From contig CP075497.1 of the NCBI GenBank assembly GCA_021613535.1, positions 10,044,001-10,108,000 on the forward strand: a stretch of DNA of 64,000 bases, in the 5' to 3' direction. Of the stretch, positions 13,417 to 27,679 are shown piece by piece. Each line of letters begins with the position of its first letter. Position 1 is the first letter of the stretch. The position numbers and the translations under genes are program-made. Below the pieces are notes generated by a model that was given only the letters and a program-made list of their open reading frames with translations, was not told where the DNA came from and did not search any database. The DNA is from Adineta vaga (lineage: Eukaryota > Animalia > Rotifera).

Positions 13417-13970
13417 ATGTCGGAATCGAGCAATAAAACAGATTCAAATATCAATAAGAATAATAATCGTTCGAATAAACCTGAAATACAACGATATTCA
13501 GTTGCAAAAGGAAAATATTCATCCAGAATAAATACTGACAGACCTTCATCAGGTAGACGTTCAAGATATTTTTATTCATAAAAAAAATCATCAATAAATA
13601 TTCTATTCAAGGTAATCAAAAAAATTCGAATACTTATCACAATAAAAAACAGTATTATCAAAATGAATCAACCTATTATGATAATGATCAATATAATTAT
13701 CAATCAAGATCACAACGAAGAAATCCAAAAGCAAAAGTAATTGAATCAGATGATAAAATTGATAAAACATCATCAATTCCAAAAGTAAAAAGCGAGAGTG
13801 ATACAGAATCGGTAAGAGTATTACATTATAATGTTTATTTAAATTGCAAAATTTATCCTTTCTATAGGATCTTGATAAAAGTATTCAAAGTATGACATTT
13901 CAAAATCAAACTTTATCCGAACCAAAACCATCTGAATCGTCGTCTCTTCCTCGTGGTGGTTTAATCTTTC

Positions 13971-14005
<35 letters not shown>

Positions 14006-17000
14006 GAAACTCAACAAGAAACAACAGAAGCAGATTCTTCACCACGACAGTTTTATAATCAATCACGAAAAAATCAAACCAATAAAAAATCGACTGTTCC
14101 CAATCAACCTCAATCAGTAACACAATCACTTCGTGGTTTAACTAATGTCACTCGAACATTATACGATCCAAATGCACCAACACCAAAAACTCCACCAATT
14201 TCACTTATTCAACCAACAACAATCGTGAAAACCATATCGAATCCTACATCTCCATCACCGGTACCATCACAAACTCAACAACAACAACAACAACCACCAC
14301 CACCACCACCATTATTACCGAATAATCAACAACAAATGCAAGAATTTTATCAAAAGTAAATATAAATTATTTCCTTCGTCTTTTCTTTGATAAATACGAA
14401 CATGTGATATTCATCTCTCTAGCTATCAATCGTAAGAATATCTTAGTTTCATCGAAATAATAGGAAAATACGCTCTTGCTCTTTATCTTTTGTGTCTATC
14501 TCATTGCTCTCATGCTTTGTCTAAATCATATGAACTAAACCATTAACAAAACAAACAAATTCTCTAAATTTTTGAATGATTACTTGGTTTTTTTTCTTCT
14601 TTCAGGCAATTTATAAATCAAGAACTTATAAATCAAACATATGGACAAACAATGTCACAAAATGATGCTAATTTACAAGCTTCACAGTAAATATCTATCT
14701 ATTTAAATGAATTGTTACTGAAATAATGTGATATTTAGAGCGATAAAAATGAGAAAACAAGCATTCAATTATTGGTTAACACAGATACATAGTTTAGAAA
14801 AATCCTTATCGATTTATTTAAATAATTCACCACATATGGAAGCTAATTTTCGACGAATGATGGAAGCAAAGTATGTTTTTTTTAGATGAGAGAATATTTT
14901 TTGATTAGATTTTTTTGTTTTTCTTTCAAGAACAACACTTCAACAAGCATATATTCACGCAATGATGATCGATATTGAAAGTTGTCTATCAAAAAATCTT
15001 GATGCTCAACTATGGAAATCATGTTTTCATAATGTTATCGAACGCTTTCGAGAATATGATAAACAATCCAATGATAATCATAATGTTAAAAAACTTATTG
15101 AAACTGTGATTGAAGATGTACGTGATACTTTTTTTTCTCGTTTGCAAAGTTCATTTCTTTCGATATTATTCAATCGAATTGATCTTTGATTTTGATTTTA
15201 GGGACAAGAATTCTTTCTTGCTTTTATTCGTCAACTTGAATCAACATTTCATATAGAAACAAAATTATATTTCAATCCAAATGCATATCCACCAGAATTG
15301 AATACAATTCTAGCAAAATATGCTCTTCTCTGTGCTCAACATTGTTTTCTTAATCTTGGTGATCTCGCTCGGTAAATCTATCATTGACAAATCATGTAAC
15401 TATCCTTGTTCGTTTAGATATAAAGAAACGAATCGTAGTGGTGTTGATTATTCCGAAGCGAGAAAGTAATTTGAATGATATAATTTTGAAAAAAAATAGA
15501 ATTGTAATCCTTATACTTTAGATATTATCTTCGTGCTCGATTATTATATCCAAAAAATGGTAAATCATGCAAACAATTGGCAATCTTAGCTGTTATGACT
15601 GTAAGAAATGATGTAAATCATTTTCAAATAATTTTGTTGTTTATAGCATCGACGATTAGATGCGATCTATTATTATGTTCGAGCACTTGCAACGACATCA
15701 TTGAATGATAGTGTTAAACAAAATCTGATGTCATTATTCGAAGAAGCACGTCGACGAGTATGTGTTAAAGTTCTATTGAAGATTCCATCTTGAAAGAAAT
15801 GTTTGTATGTTTTTATTTAGTTGGAAACATTTGAAAAAGAATTGAAAGAACGTGATAAGAAGAACGAACGAAAAATTCGAGCAGGTCAGTAGTTTTTGTT
15901 TACTGAGGGAAAATGAATTAAGAATGTAGATTCTTTATTTGTAAATAGGTAACCAAAAGTTAGAAATATGGAAACGAACAGATGGTACAATTGTTGGACG
16001 AAGTCTTGATGATGGACAATCGATGAATGAATACAATGATTTTGATGGTTCCGTATCACAACAAGAAGTAAATCAAACATAAATTTATCTTATTCTTTTT
16101 TGTCATTTTCTTTTCTTTTCTTTAGCTTATTCACTGGTTTATACTCAATTATATAACCTTACATGGAAAATTATATACAAGAACAGGGTAAAATTGATAT
16201 CTAATAAATGAATATTTAATCGATTTTTATTTTGTATAAATAAAGAATGGAAACATATACGGAATTATGTTCACGAATGCTTCGTCAATTTCAAAATTTA
16301 CTTCGACATGACCCATGTGTGTTTGGTAAACAACAATTAGTTCAAATGATGGCTATAAATATGTATCAAATAGAAGTTGCAAAACAAGTTAATATTTCAG
16401 GTATTTCAAAAAAAGAAAAGAATACAATCAAAATATGTTTTTCTAAACATCTAGTTAATATTGTTGTTCGATCTCAATATGAAGAATCATCTCTTCAATT
16501 AGCATTGGATATGTTTGGTTTATTAACTGAACAAACAGCAATTATGATCGATCGTCATTTAAAAACTCGTTCAGCATTAACTAATTCTGATACATCTCCT
16601 CCTATTTTCAATAGTTGGTTACGACAAATCTTTCCATCATTGAAAATCTTTACAGATTGGATGACATGTAATGCTAATTCGTTTATTCCTTTACCTGATC
16701 AATTATCAGCTGACTATGGTCCTCATCCAGATATTTTAACATCACTTGCAAAAGTTGTCAATCGTATTCGAACTATTGATCGTACACATATTCAACTTGC
16801 TTCGAATCTACCAAGTAATATAATCGAATGAAAATTCTATACATAAAAATAACTCATATTCTTTTTTTAAGATTCAATACCCGTTATTCTCGAAGAAGAT
16901 GTAGAACTTAGTGGATTTTATCCATTACTTACTTTACCAGCTGATACATTACAAACAACAAATGATACACCATTGGTAATTGAAATAAAGCCAAAAAAAT

Positions 17001-18290
17001 TTGAATCATATACAAGTTTTATACTATTTAGGATGATGCAAAAGATTCCAAACGTATAACTCGTTTATGTTTTTTTGCTGATTATTTATGTGGTCTTACT
17101 CAACCAGTATTTATATATAATGTTCAACAAAAAACGTATCAACCAGCAGTTAAATCATCGATTCATTCCGAACGAAGTAAAAGTCCTGTCAATGGAAATC
17201 AAGTAAGTTTAATATCCTTCTGGTTCGTCAAGATAAAACACTTTCTTTTCTTTAGAATTTATCAATTGATCATGAAAATAATCTAACTGAACCTGTTTCT
17301 CCATTATCAAATGCGAATAGTATAGATCCATCGTCACCCGATTCGATTATTAATGGTATTGATATGAAAGAATTAAAACGTAAGAAACGACAATTAGAAC
17401 AACAATTAGCTGAGAAACAAAAACAAGAACAAGTTGTCAAAGTAAATAAATCAATAAATAATGACATTTTATGAGAATATTCATTCATTTAGGATATTCT
17501 TAATACATCTCGATTGATTGAAATCGAAGTTGTACCACGTTTTGTTGTTCTTGATACTAATTGTTTTGTGAATTATCTTCCAATAATCTACAAACTAATA
17601 AGACAAGCTCGATTTACTATCATTATTCCTTTGATTGGTAAAGCAAATCATTGTTCTGATTGAGAAAAAAAACACATCATAGTTCGTATTTTTCATTATT
17701 AGTTATTTGTGAATTGGATAAATTATCAATTACAACTATTGTTAATGATGATTCCTATGAACATGCAGAAATGGTTCGTCGACAATCAATACAAGCAGTT
17801 AAAATGATTGAAGAATGTTTTGCAAGTAAAGAACGACGTGTACAAGCAATGACTGGCGAAGGAACAGTATTAGATTCGATTCAATTTCGAAATGAAGTGA
17901 AAAAACATGTAAAAAAATTAATTTTCTACAAAGAAAATCTTCTATTTTATTACATCTTTTGTTTTTAGGAATCAAATGATGATACAATCCTAGGATGTTG
18001 TTTGAAATATGTATGTATTAATAACACAAAATGTTCCTATTTTCTTCTTGTTTCATATTTTAGTGTCATGATAATCCACGAGAATTCTTTCCACAGAATA
18101 AAGGTTAAACATCTCGAATGTATAGTATAGATCATAATAATTAGAATTCATTTTAGATGGAGCTATTCGATTACATCGTGAAGTTGTTCTTATTACTGAT
18201 GATCGAAATTTACGTTTGAAAGCTCAAGCACGAAATGTACCTGTGAAAGATTTAATGAAATTTCTTGAACTTGCTCAAGTTGATCTGTAA
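13417..18290 (+). CDS. SMG6: SMG6/EST1A nonsense-mediated decay endonuclease, many short introns
   Basis: N-terminal EJC-binding-like KPEIQRYS; EST1/14-3-3-like region (LDAQLWKSCFHNVIERFR, LGDLARY, YPKNGK, DAIYYYVRAL); C-terminal PIN domain with acidic residues intact (VLDTNCF, VICELD, NDDTIL, LITDDRNLRLKAQARNVPV). Confidence 0.92.
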
Positions 18291-19209
18291 ATCTACACAC
18301 AAAACTTGATCGATATATTCTATCCGATTGACCATTCGTCAAAGTAATAAAAGAAGAAACGTATTCTCATTTTATGATTTTCTCTCAATGTTCTAATTTG
18401 AAATTAGATCAAGTGTAACTTCACAATATAGATTTACATGGCCGGTGTTAAATGAAGTCAGTCAGATGAAATTTTCCATTCTTCATTATACTTTTAAGCG
18501 AGAAAAAAAAACAATTTTCATACGATTATTATTAATCTGTCTGTTTTTTGTATATTAATATTGAAGAAAAAGAAAATTTTGTCTCTCTCAATGTTGTCAT
18601 CGTTGACAGTGAAAGTGAAACAATGCTTTTCATTGATCTGTTTTTGTTTTTCTTTTTGATAATTGTGTTTGTCTATTATGTGAAAATCAAGAAATGTTTT
18701 TGTGCACGAATAAATTTTTAAGTAACATCAAAATCGAGATTATAATTCGACATTAATTGTCATAAAGATATATTCTGTGTACATGTAACGATACAATCAA
18801 GTTCTTCTGGTTGATAAAGATTCAGTAACTATGTTGTTATTATCAAGTAAATATAGAAATAATTTATTATTTCTTGATATGTCTAGTTTATTCTAACAAA
18901 TGGAAAGATAAAGATATCATCAGATGTGTCTCATGCATCTTACTCATTTGTCATCAGCATGCAAAAAGAAATATAGTCATCTATTATGACATGTTTTCAG
19001 TTCTTATGAAATACACGAATACTATTTATTTCAATGGTAATTTAGTGTGACATTCTATGCTCTTGATTGTGAACGTTCTTTTTGTCCTTGGAAGAAGAAA
19101 TAGTTTCTATATTGTCTCGTTTGTTTTCAATGGTTTGAAATTTCAGATAATCGAATACTTTTCTTTTGTATTTCAAGAAGAAAGAAATAGAAAAAAAAAC
19201 CCGAAGACA

Positions 19210-21367
19210 ATGAATTCTGCTGAAGATGAGGATGATGTTCCCTCAGTTTTCTTATTAGGTAAAACGTATTTACTGACAAACGATAATTTCTATATTCGGA
19301 AAGATCCTTTTGTTCATATGAGTGCTGGCGATAGACATTCAATTCTAGTAACAGAAGATGGACGTACATATGCTTTTGGAGACAATAATTCAGGTAGAAA
19401 TAAACGATTAAAATCAATTTCTTTTCTCTTATCATTTATTTAGGTCAATTGGGTCTTGGCCATACAAATCCAGTAAAAAGCGTTTCCTGTATAAAAAGTT
19501 TACAATTCACGAATACAGATGAGAAAGTTCTTCTTGTTGCATGTGGTCGTGAATCATCTATTGTTGCTACAAATTATGGTTCATTGTATTCCTTTGGTTC
19601 TAATAATCATTGTCAATTAGGATTTGAATCTGATGAATCATGTGCTATTCATTCTTCTCCCATTCAAATTGATTCTTTTCATTCAAAAATATCTTGGAAA
19701 CAAATTTCCATGGGTGCTGAACATACATGTGCATTAACGAATGACGGAATAGTTTATACTTGGGGTTCCAACGAAGACGGACAATGTGGACATGCACGTA
19801 AATATGATCATATAACAAAGCCAAAGAAACTTCTACTAGATTACAATGTTTCTACCATGTAAGTTGAGATAGTCTATGAAAAGAATGATAAATCATGTAG
19901 AAATAATTCTTCTTTTCTTTACAGATCGTGTGGGTATTATCATACTGCTTTGATCGATGAAGATGGTCGATTATTTTTATTTGGAAATAATGATAATAGA
20001 CAGTTAGGACGTTCAACGACTGAGAATGATGTCGGACCACTAGAAGTTTCGTTACCAGAACCAATCACAGATGTTGCTTGTGGAAATCAATATACGATTG
20101 TATTGACAGAAAGTGGGAAGATTTATATTTGTGGTATAATATCTCTTGAATACATCTTGTATGTAAATCTTGATGTTTTTTGATAAATAGGACGAGGTGA
20201 TAGGGGGCAACTTGGTCTTGGCTCTCGAATATTGAGTATAGAATATTTCGAACCTATTGAACGAAATGTACCGACAGTAGTAACAGCAGTAGCTACTGGT
20301 GAGGGTCATACAGCTATACTTGGTTCTCATAATGATTTGTATGTATTTGGTGATGGTAAACATGGCAAATTAAGTTATGAAACACAGAAAAATGAATTCG
20401 AACCATGTTCTATTGATCTTTTCGAAGATTACAATGTATTATCAGTGGTTTGTGGCGGTTGTCAAACGCTCGTGATAGCTCAAAAACGATCATTGACAGA
20501 TAAAGATGATACTGAAAGTATGATAGCATGAAACTGTTCTCATCACAAAGAATTCTGATGTTTTATTCGTATGATTTTCTCTTTCTAGATAGAAAAGATT
20601 TTGAATTACAATCGTTTCGAAATTCAGCACGTATACTACAAGATTCAATGATAACAACTCGATTATCAACAGATAATACTACTGAACATGATGAACCCGT
20701 TGATGAATCAGATCATGAAAGAAACTCACTTTTACCGAATGGATCTGATTCTGATGGAATGTCTGCATCCGGGAAAAGTGAATTAATGAATACAACACAT
20801 GTACAAAAGAATGGATTGTTTCAATCCATTCGTCCTGTCAATACAAAAGTTTCACAAATGATAAAAGCTGGTGCATTGGATCATTCCGTTCCGCTTATTA
20901 ACGTCGCAAATGACTTAATAAAATCCAATAATTCTTCACTAAGAAACATAGAATCGCCAAACCACCGTACAGAATCTATTGAGTCAAGTTCAGAAAACGT
21001 ATCTGATGATGAAACAAATAACCAATCAACTCCTGCAGAAACATTAGACAAAGAAACTTCTCAACAAGTGTTATCTGAGAAAAAAATCGATTATTATGAA
21101 AATGTATCTGATTTATCAACAACAATCAGTCGTAGTTCATCTGCTTCTTCTTCTGATGATAATGGATCAGTAGCATCAGGTTCAGTCGATGATTTGCATC
21201 GTAGTTTTTATCCACCTCAAAAATTAAAACTAAATAACGACGCATCAAAATCATTAACTACAATGAAATCTGAACCTGGATTCTTCTCCAAACATTTTGG
21301 TACTAACTCAACAAAAACAACATCAACAACTGGAAATAACAATTCCAGATTATGTGTCATTCTTTAA
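19210..21367 (+). CDS. RPGR: RPGR-like RCC1-repeat protein with C-terminal CaaX
   Basis: RCC1 repeats (SAGDRHS..FGDNNSGQLGLG, ACGRES, SMGAEHT..WGSNEDGQCG, ACGNQYT, ATGEGHT, VCGGCQT), then an acidic low-complexity tail ending SRLCVIL (cf. RPGR CTIL). Confidence 0.8.
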
Positions 21368-22337
21368 CTCATTTATATCCACAGATATCTAAAGAAAAAT
21401 CTTGAATGTAATGTTATTGTATAAGTATATGTATAGTATTTTAAACCTATTGAAATGAGATCTGAAAGTTTTCTTCTGTATTTCTCTATTTACAAGCAAA
21501 GATGTTTTCAATGGTTTTTCGCATTTCAATAAATATATATGTACATAGCAAAATATTCAATGCTAATTCATAGAACAACATTAATAATCGACTATTCAAG
21601 AAGTGTTATGTTGAATTTGTTAATATTTGCTTTGTTTATGGCTTATTCAGTCTGTAAAATCAAAGACATTCACTATTTGATAATTCAATAAGTTACTGGA
21701 AAGAAAAATCATATTACTACTATGATGTTTTTACTTTTGGTCTTAAGTAACTTGTCATTTTCATTATTACTATTTTTTTATACATGATTATGAAATCTGT
21801 CGGCTTTTGTTTCTTTAGAAAATGTTACTTCATCTTAGTTCTTCAATCATCCATTGTAGATATGAAATATAACACTTTAATTATAATAAAGCTAATTCTC
21901 GTTGTTGGATGTGGCTACCTCGAAAAGTTCGAAGTTTAAATAACACATATGCTATTTTTCCATACGAATCTGGTATTAATATTAATGAATTTGAATATTT
22001 ATAGTAACATATGGTCTGTCAAAAGAGAAACGACAGAACATCATCGAAAATACATTTGCCTAGATGATTTTGAAGCATTTTTATGAGATGAAAAATGCGT
22101 TGGATATATTTTTTTCTTTTAATACTTATCTGTCTGTCTGCCTGTCTGATGTGAAGAATGGATATATAATCGGCGTATATATTACCATCATTGGGTCGAA
22201 GGTGAAAAAGAAGGAAAAAGAAAAAGAAAGGAAAGAAAGAAAAAGAAGAAAAAAGAAAAACAAAATAATAAGAAGCGAAAAAAAAACAACATCATCATTG
22301 TTGTCGGTGTTGTGTTAGGACAAAAAGAAAAACGACT

Positions 22338-23252
22338 ATGAGCCATGATCTATTTAATGATGAAGAACATACGGCTAAATATCGTCTACATCGGCCTGGT
22401 TATCCAAAAAAACTATTCGAACATATTGTTGATTATTATTTTAATGGAAAGATTATGAATGAACGAATTCCATTTGCACTCGATGTTGGATGTGGCAATG
22501 GACAAGCAACTGTAGATCTTAGTGTGTAAGTGTTTATCATCTCTTATTTTTCTTCTTCTTCTTCTTCTTCTTTACTCTGTTTTTGACATTATAGATTTTG
22601 TGAACATGTTGTTGGACTTGATGTCAGTGCAAATCAATTAACTCATGCTATGCCAAGAGACAATGTTGAATATCGTTGTCATACAGCTGAAAATTTATCA
22701 TTTCTTCAATCGAATTCAGTTGATTTAATAACAGCTGCAACTACATTACATTGGCTTGATATCGAAGTTTTTCTTGAAGAAGCAAAGCGTGTTTTAAAAC
22801 CATATACAGGAGTATTGGCTGTGTGGACATACGCACTCGGTACTCTAGATAATCCTATTGCTGATGCTATCTATCATGAATTTCATCATGTTCTTTTATT
22901 TCCATATTGGGATATAAAACGATGGTTAGCTGATGATTATTATGAATCACTTGTTCCTCTCTTACCATTCAAATCAACAATACGACAAGCAACAATTGAG
23001 CATCGAACAGAAACAACTCTTGGACAGTTTCTTGGTTTCATTGAATCCTTATCAGCTTGTCAAACATATCGAAAACAGAATGGTGAACGCGCATATGAAG
23101 ATATGTTATCAACTTTACGACAAAAACTGATTCAATGTTATGTTAAAACAAAACTTCGAAATCATACAGATGAAACAATCGATTTCGATTCGATTAAAAT
23201 GACGATTTCAAGTCCAATACGTCTTTATCTAATGAGAAAAAATCAGATGTAA
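22338..23252 (+). CDS. Class I SAM-dependent small-molecule methyltransferase (Methyltransf_11 type), 2 exons
   Basis: Y...RPGYP, motif I ALDVGCGNGQAT, VGLDVSANQL, SVDLITAATTLHW; one GT-AG intron ~22526-22594. Confidence 0.88.
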
Positions 23253-25273
23253 GTTTCTAAGATATTTAGCAAAACAAAATCTTCATCTTTTATTTACTGT
23301 CTGTTTTTGTATTATATATTTTCTTAAAAAGTTCTGGATAGATATGTGCCCATGTGTGTGTGCGTTCTTTTTTATTAAAGAAACTTTCATGTTACAATAA
23401 AAAATGGTAAAATAGAGTGATGAATATATATATTTTTTCTTTCTTACTAATTAGTATAATAAAACATGCACTGTTGTACAAAGTGTTTCTACGATTACAA
23501 ATTGTCAAAAGATGCATAGAGCAAGAATATTTACTTATTTATATAAGTTAAATTCAATGGCATTTTAGAACAATAAGTATAAGTTCTATGCGAATGAATT
23601 TATTATGAGAAGAAGTTCTCGTTTTCGCAAAGTTATTCAACTCACATAATGTTCATACTGACTGTTTATTAAAAATGGATTTTTATTCTAAATTAACAAT
23701 GAATTATTAAGTAAATCATATTCTTCTTAAACTACAAAGTTCGAGAACATTTATTTTTCTTCATTTGACTCATTCTGTAGCAAATTCATAACAAATCCTA
23801 TCATTCTACTGACAGTTTCTTGAAAGAATGAAGATATCTGTCATCTTTAAGAACATTACTTCTAATTACAGTAAACATAGATTCTTTGAGAAAGTGAAAT
23901 ATCTATTGAATTAGTAGTCAAATATAAATTGAAAAAAATCACATATCTATCTATAGATAGAATAAATCTTTGAAGCTCATGAGAACAAAAATTAATTAAA
24001 TATTGTCGTTTATTATTATTATGAGAAAGTTAGTTTTTTTCCGCTTCTTCTTTTCGGCATTATCCTTTGAAAACTTTAAATATAGATTTTGTCACATGAG
24101 GACATGAAAGACATCAAAAAATGTTTCTTCAAGCTTTAATAAGCATGTTTTTTTTATTCATTAAAATTATCAATTCCTGGCCAGTTTTAATGAGTATCTA
24201 AAATATCTTTATCTTTTTCTCAAATAAATGAGAAATATATTTTATTAATATTGACATTAAGAGAAGAACAAGATGTATAATCAATGAAATTTACTTATAA
24301 AAACAACTTTCGACCTCAATTGTGTATATCTGGAATCTTTCTGTCATGCAATATGATTTTTGTAGAATTCTTATATTAATTAAATAAATCTAGTTGTATC
24401 TTGTTTTATTAACACGGAAATGTTAAGATAAGAAAAGTTTCATGCTGAGAAAAACATTATTTTTATTTATTTGTCTAAAAGATCATCTATTGGATAGAAA
24501 ATTTCAACAATATAATGTCTTCGAAGTTATTCATAAGAAATTATTCACAATAAATCTGAGTCAATAGATTATTTAGATTAGGATTATCGAATGTAAATGC
24601 TATAATATCTATTGTTAAGAGAAAAAGTTGAGATTGTCTTATTTTGTGAATTTTATCTGAATAATTCATTCAGTACAACAATTCAAGACTGATGTATTTA
24701 GAAGGAAATTGTTATTGATAGATTCTGTTTCGTGACAGATCTAAAAATATATATTGCCTATGAATTTTGATTAATCTGACATTTAGTATGAAGTATACCC
24801 ATCATCTCAACTTGTTGCTATTACAGTACCTAATTGTTAGTTTTCTATCTTTCTCATGCATTTAATTATGGACGTCAGAGTTTTGTTGTAACTGAAACGT
24901 TATTCTGTGATTATAATATTCATTCGCGAAGGATGTTTGAAAACATTCATAAAAATAATTCAGCGGATGGTTACAATTCATAAGATTTCGTGATGAAACT
25001 CTTAGTTAGAAAGGTTTATAGAATAAATTTGTACTGAACACGCTCGAAGATTGAGTAAAATATGAGCACAATATAAAAATAGCTTGTTATCTTAGCACGT
25101 ACTAAAGATGGAACATGCAACATAATATTCTCATTGATTTGTATTTCTTTTATTTATAAAAATGAAAGAGATATAAAGAAGATTACATTTTACACTGACA
25201 TGCAAAGTACAGAAGTTTTAAGAACAGAAAATTAAGTTTTTTTAAATCTCAATAGAAATTCATTTTGTCATTA

Positions 25274-27061
25274 TTAATAAGCATCTGTTGTAGTATTCAA
25301 AAGTGATTCATTAATCATTGTATTATTGAATTGTTTAGGTGGAGGTGACTTTTGTAGAACTACTTTACATTTTCCATTAATAAGAAGTTTAAGTTGAACA
25401 CCTTGTTTATTTGTCATTAATTCAATCATATTTTTACAAGCTAATTTTTGTGCTTGTTGCTTTGATTTATGTATACCATTGGCTAGAATGATTGTTGAAT
25501 TGAGATACAGACGACAAAACCAAATTGGTTGATTTTTTAATGTTTTTAATTTTTCATCACAAATAATTTCTAAAGAATTCGATAAATTTGATTGAATATG
25601 TGAAAGATTATCTATAGATGAAATATGTGAATGGATAAGACAATCACGTAGTTGAGAAATGAGAATTATATCAGCCATTAATGGATGCTCATCACTAAAT
25701 ATTGATAAAAAAATAAGAAAGAAATGGAATTATCAGACTTTACTTTTCGAAATCACTTGTATCCGATAGAAGATTTTCCCATTTTGCTTCGTCGACATAA
25801 TCTGTACTATCATATGCTAAAGATCAATAAAAAATTTCGAAATGAAGTATATTTTCTTTGATACTTACTATCGTTTTGTAATTCATATTCTGTAATATGA
25901 TTTTTGTTTAATTCTAGTAGAAAAGAAGATAAGAAAATGAATTTGTGAATATCTATATACCGTATGATTGTTCTTTTTCTATTTGTAAATGCGAAGATTT
26001 AGGTAGGAAAGAATCAATAGTATTTGATGGTTTTGTAAGTTCAATTGATTTAATTTCTTTAAAAAGAAAAGAAAAGAATTCAATGAAAGATGAAGAGCTT
26101 TATCAAAAATATCTACGTGAAATCGGTGTTGATAAAGGTGAATAACGATTTCGTGGATATTCATTTCCGCGCGATAGAAAATAATCACTTGGTTTACCAA
26201 ATAAAGCTTTAAAAAAGATTTTTAAAGAAAAAAGAAAATTTTTGAAATGAAGGTTAACCTGGTCGTTGAACTCCTGAACTACTTGAAGATGAATTTCGTC
26301 GAGGACGATGTTGATATCTTGATTGAATATCTGTTTGAGGAACAAGTGCAGCATTTGGTACACTACCATAATAATGATCATGTAATGGTGTTTTAGAATG
26401 TTTATTAAATAATTTCGTCATGGAATTCTTTGGTGGTGATGGAGATGATTTGATTGAATTACCAAGTTGTTGGACTCGACCATCCGTTGAGGAAGATGAT
26501 GTATCTGAGGATAATTCTAGAAACAAACATACATACATTGATTTTACAAAAAAAAGAAAATAATAATCGAACGTTGATGAAAGGCAATATCTTCCGTATG
26601 CATTTGAAAAGCTATTTTAGTCATTTGAGCCCATGTTTGAATACGTTTAGCAGCAAATCCACGTACAGCTTGATCATAATGTCTAATAAGAGAGAAAAGA
26701 TCAAATATCTTTAAATGTATCATCATCGATCATAATAACTTACGAAATAATCCAAGTCACTTTTTCAAATGGATCTTTTGTACCATGTGTTTGTATATCA
26801 ATAATACAATTAGTAAATTGTCTCAAATCATTCAAACGTTTATCCTAATCAAAATATAAAACAGATTAAATATTCAAACAAAATTCAATTCTACCTACTT
26901 GAACACCGCAAAATTCTCGTCGAATGTCAAAATCATCTACATCCACATGAATATCTGTTCTGATAATTGTTGTCTTCGAATAAAAAACATGTAAAAATTA
27001 TATGAAATCTTTTCATTATCAAATCGTTTACTTCAGTCATTGCATTTGAATGTCGGAGCAT
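25274..27061 (-). CDS. Multi-exon putative RNA-binding protein: N-terminal KH-like region, Ser/Arg-rich linker, C-terminal dsRBD-like domain
   Basis: Spliced start MLRHSNAMTE|TTIIRTDIHVDVDDFDIRREFCGVQ|DKRLNDLRQFTNCIIDIQTHGTKD..WIIS|HYDQAVRGFAAKRIQ; last exon WFCRLYLNSTIILANGIHKSKQQAQKLACKNMIELM shows the dsRBD G..KSK..A...A pattern. Confidence 0.6.
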
Positions 27062-27679
27062 ATTTGACGATATGAAAATAGTTAAGAGAACTTTCGACGT
27101 ATAACAATATATAAATGATTAAACAGAGGAATGTATCTTTCGTTTCGGGCTGATTTATTTAGTGAACAGAACGAACGAAAAGTTTCGTCCGATGATTAGA
27201 TTGTTTATCACGTAGATGTTTCTTATCAAAATGCTTCCGTTATTCTACAATAATCATGTACAAACTCAATTGATCTCTTGATATTTTATTTTAAAAAAAT
27301 AAACAGATAAAAAATAACTAATATATAGAATTCTGAACATAATTGATGATCCACATTCTAAATGTTGTATTGCAAATCGAGATATTTTTACATTCAATTT
27401 AGTCATTGTACAACTATTACTCATCTGTATTCAATTACTTCTAATCGTTTCCTTTTTCACAACGAAAAAAATACACTATATATATATATATATATTGTTA
27501 CTCATATTTATGGTTATTTTATGTATACATCAATGTCATGATTCGATGCGTCTACACGTCATATGACATAAACAAGTTGAGATATACGTACCTATATAAA
27601 CAGTTAGTAGTATATAGATGTACCATTTCGATCGTTTGCTTGTTTTTGTATACATCGAAAACGAAAGTAATTACTTATA

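Noticed and set aside
13973-14003. (AAT)n repeat
   Set aside because: Encodes a poly-Asn tract in the disordered part of SMG6; ordinary.
22338-23252. Methyltransferase as an HGT candidate
   Set aside because: Similar small-molecule methyltransferases occur in many animals; cannot be called foreign without a phylogeny.
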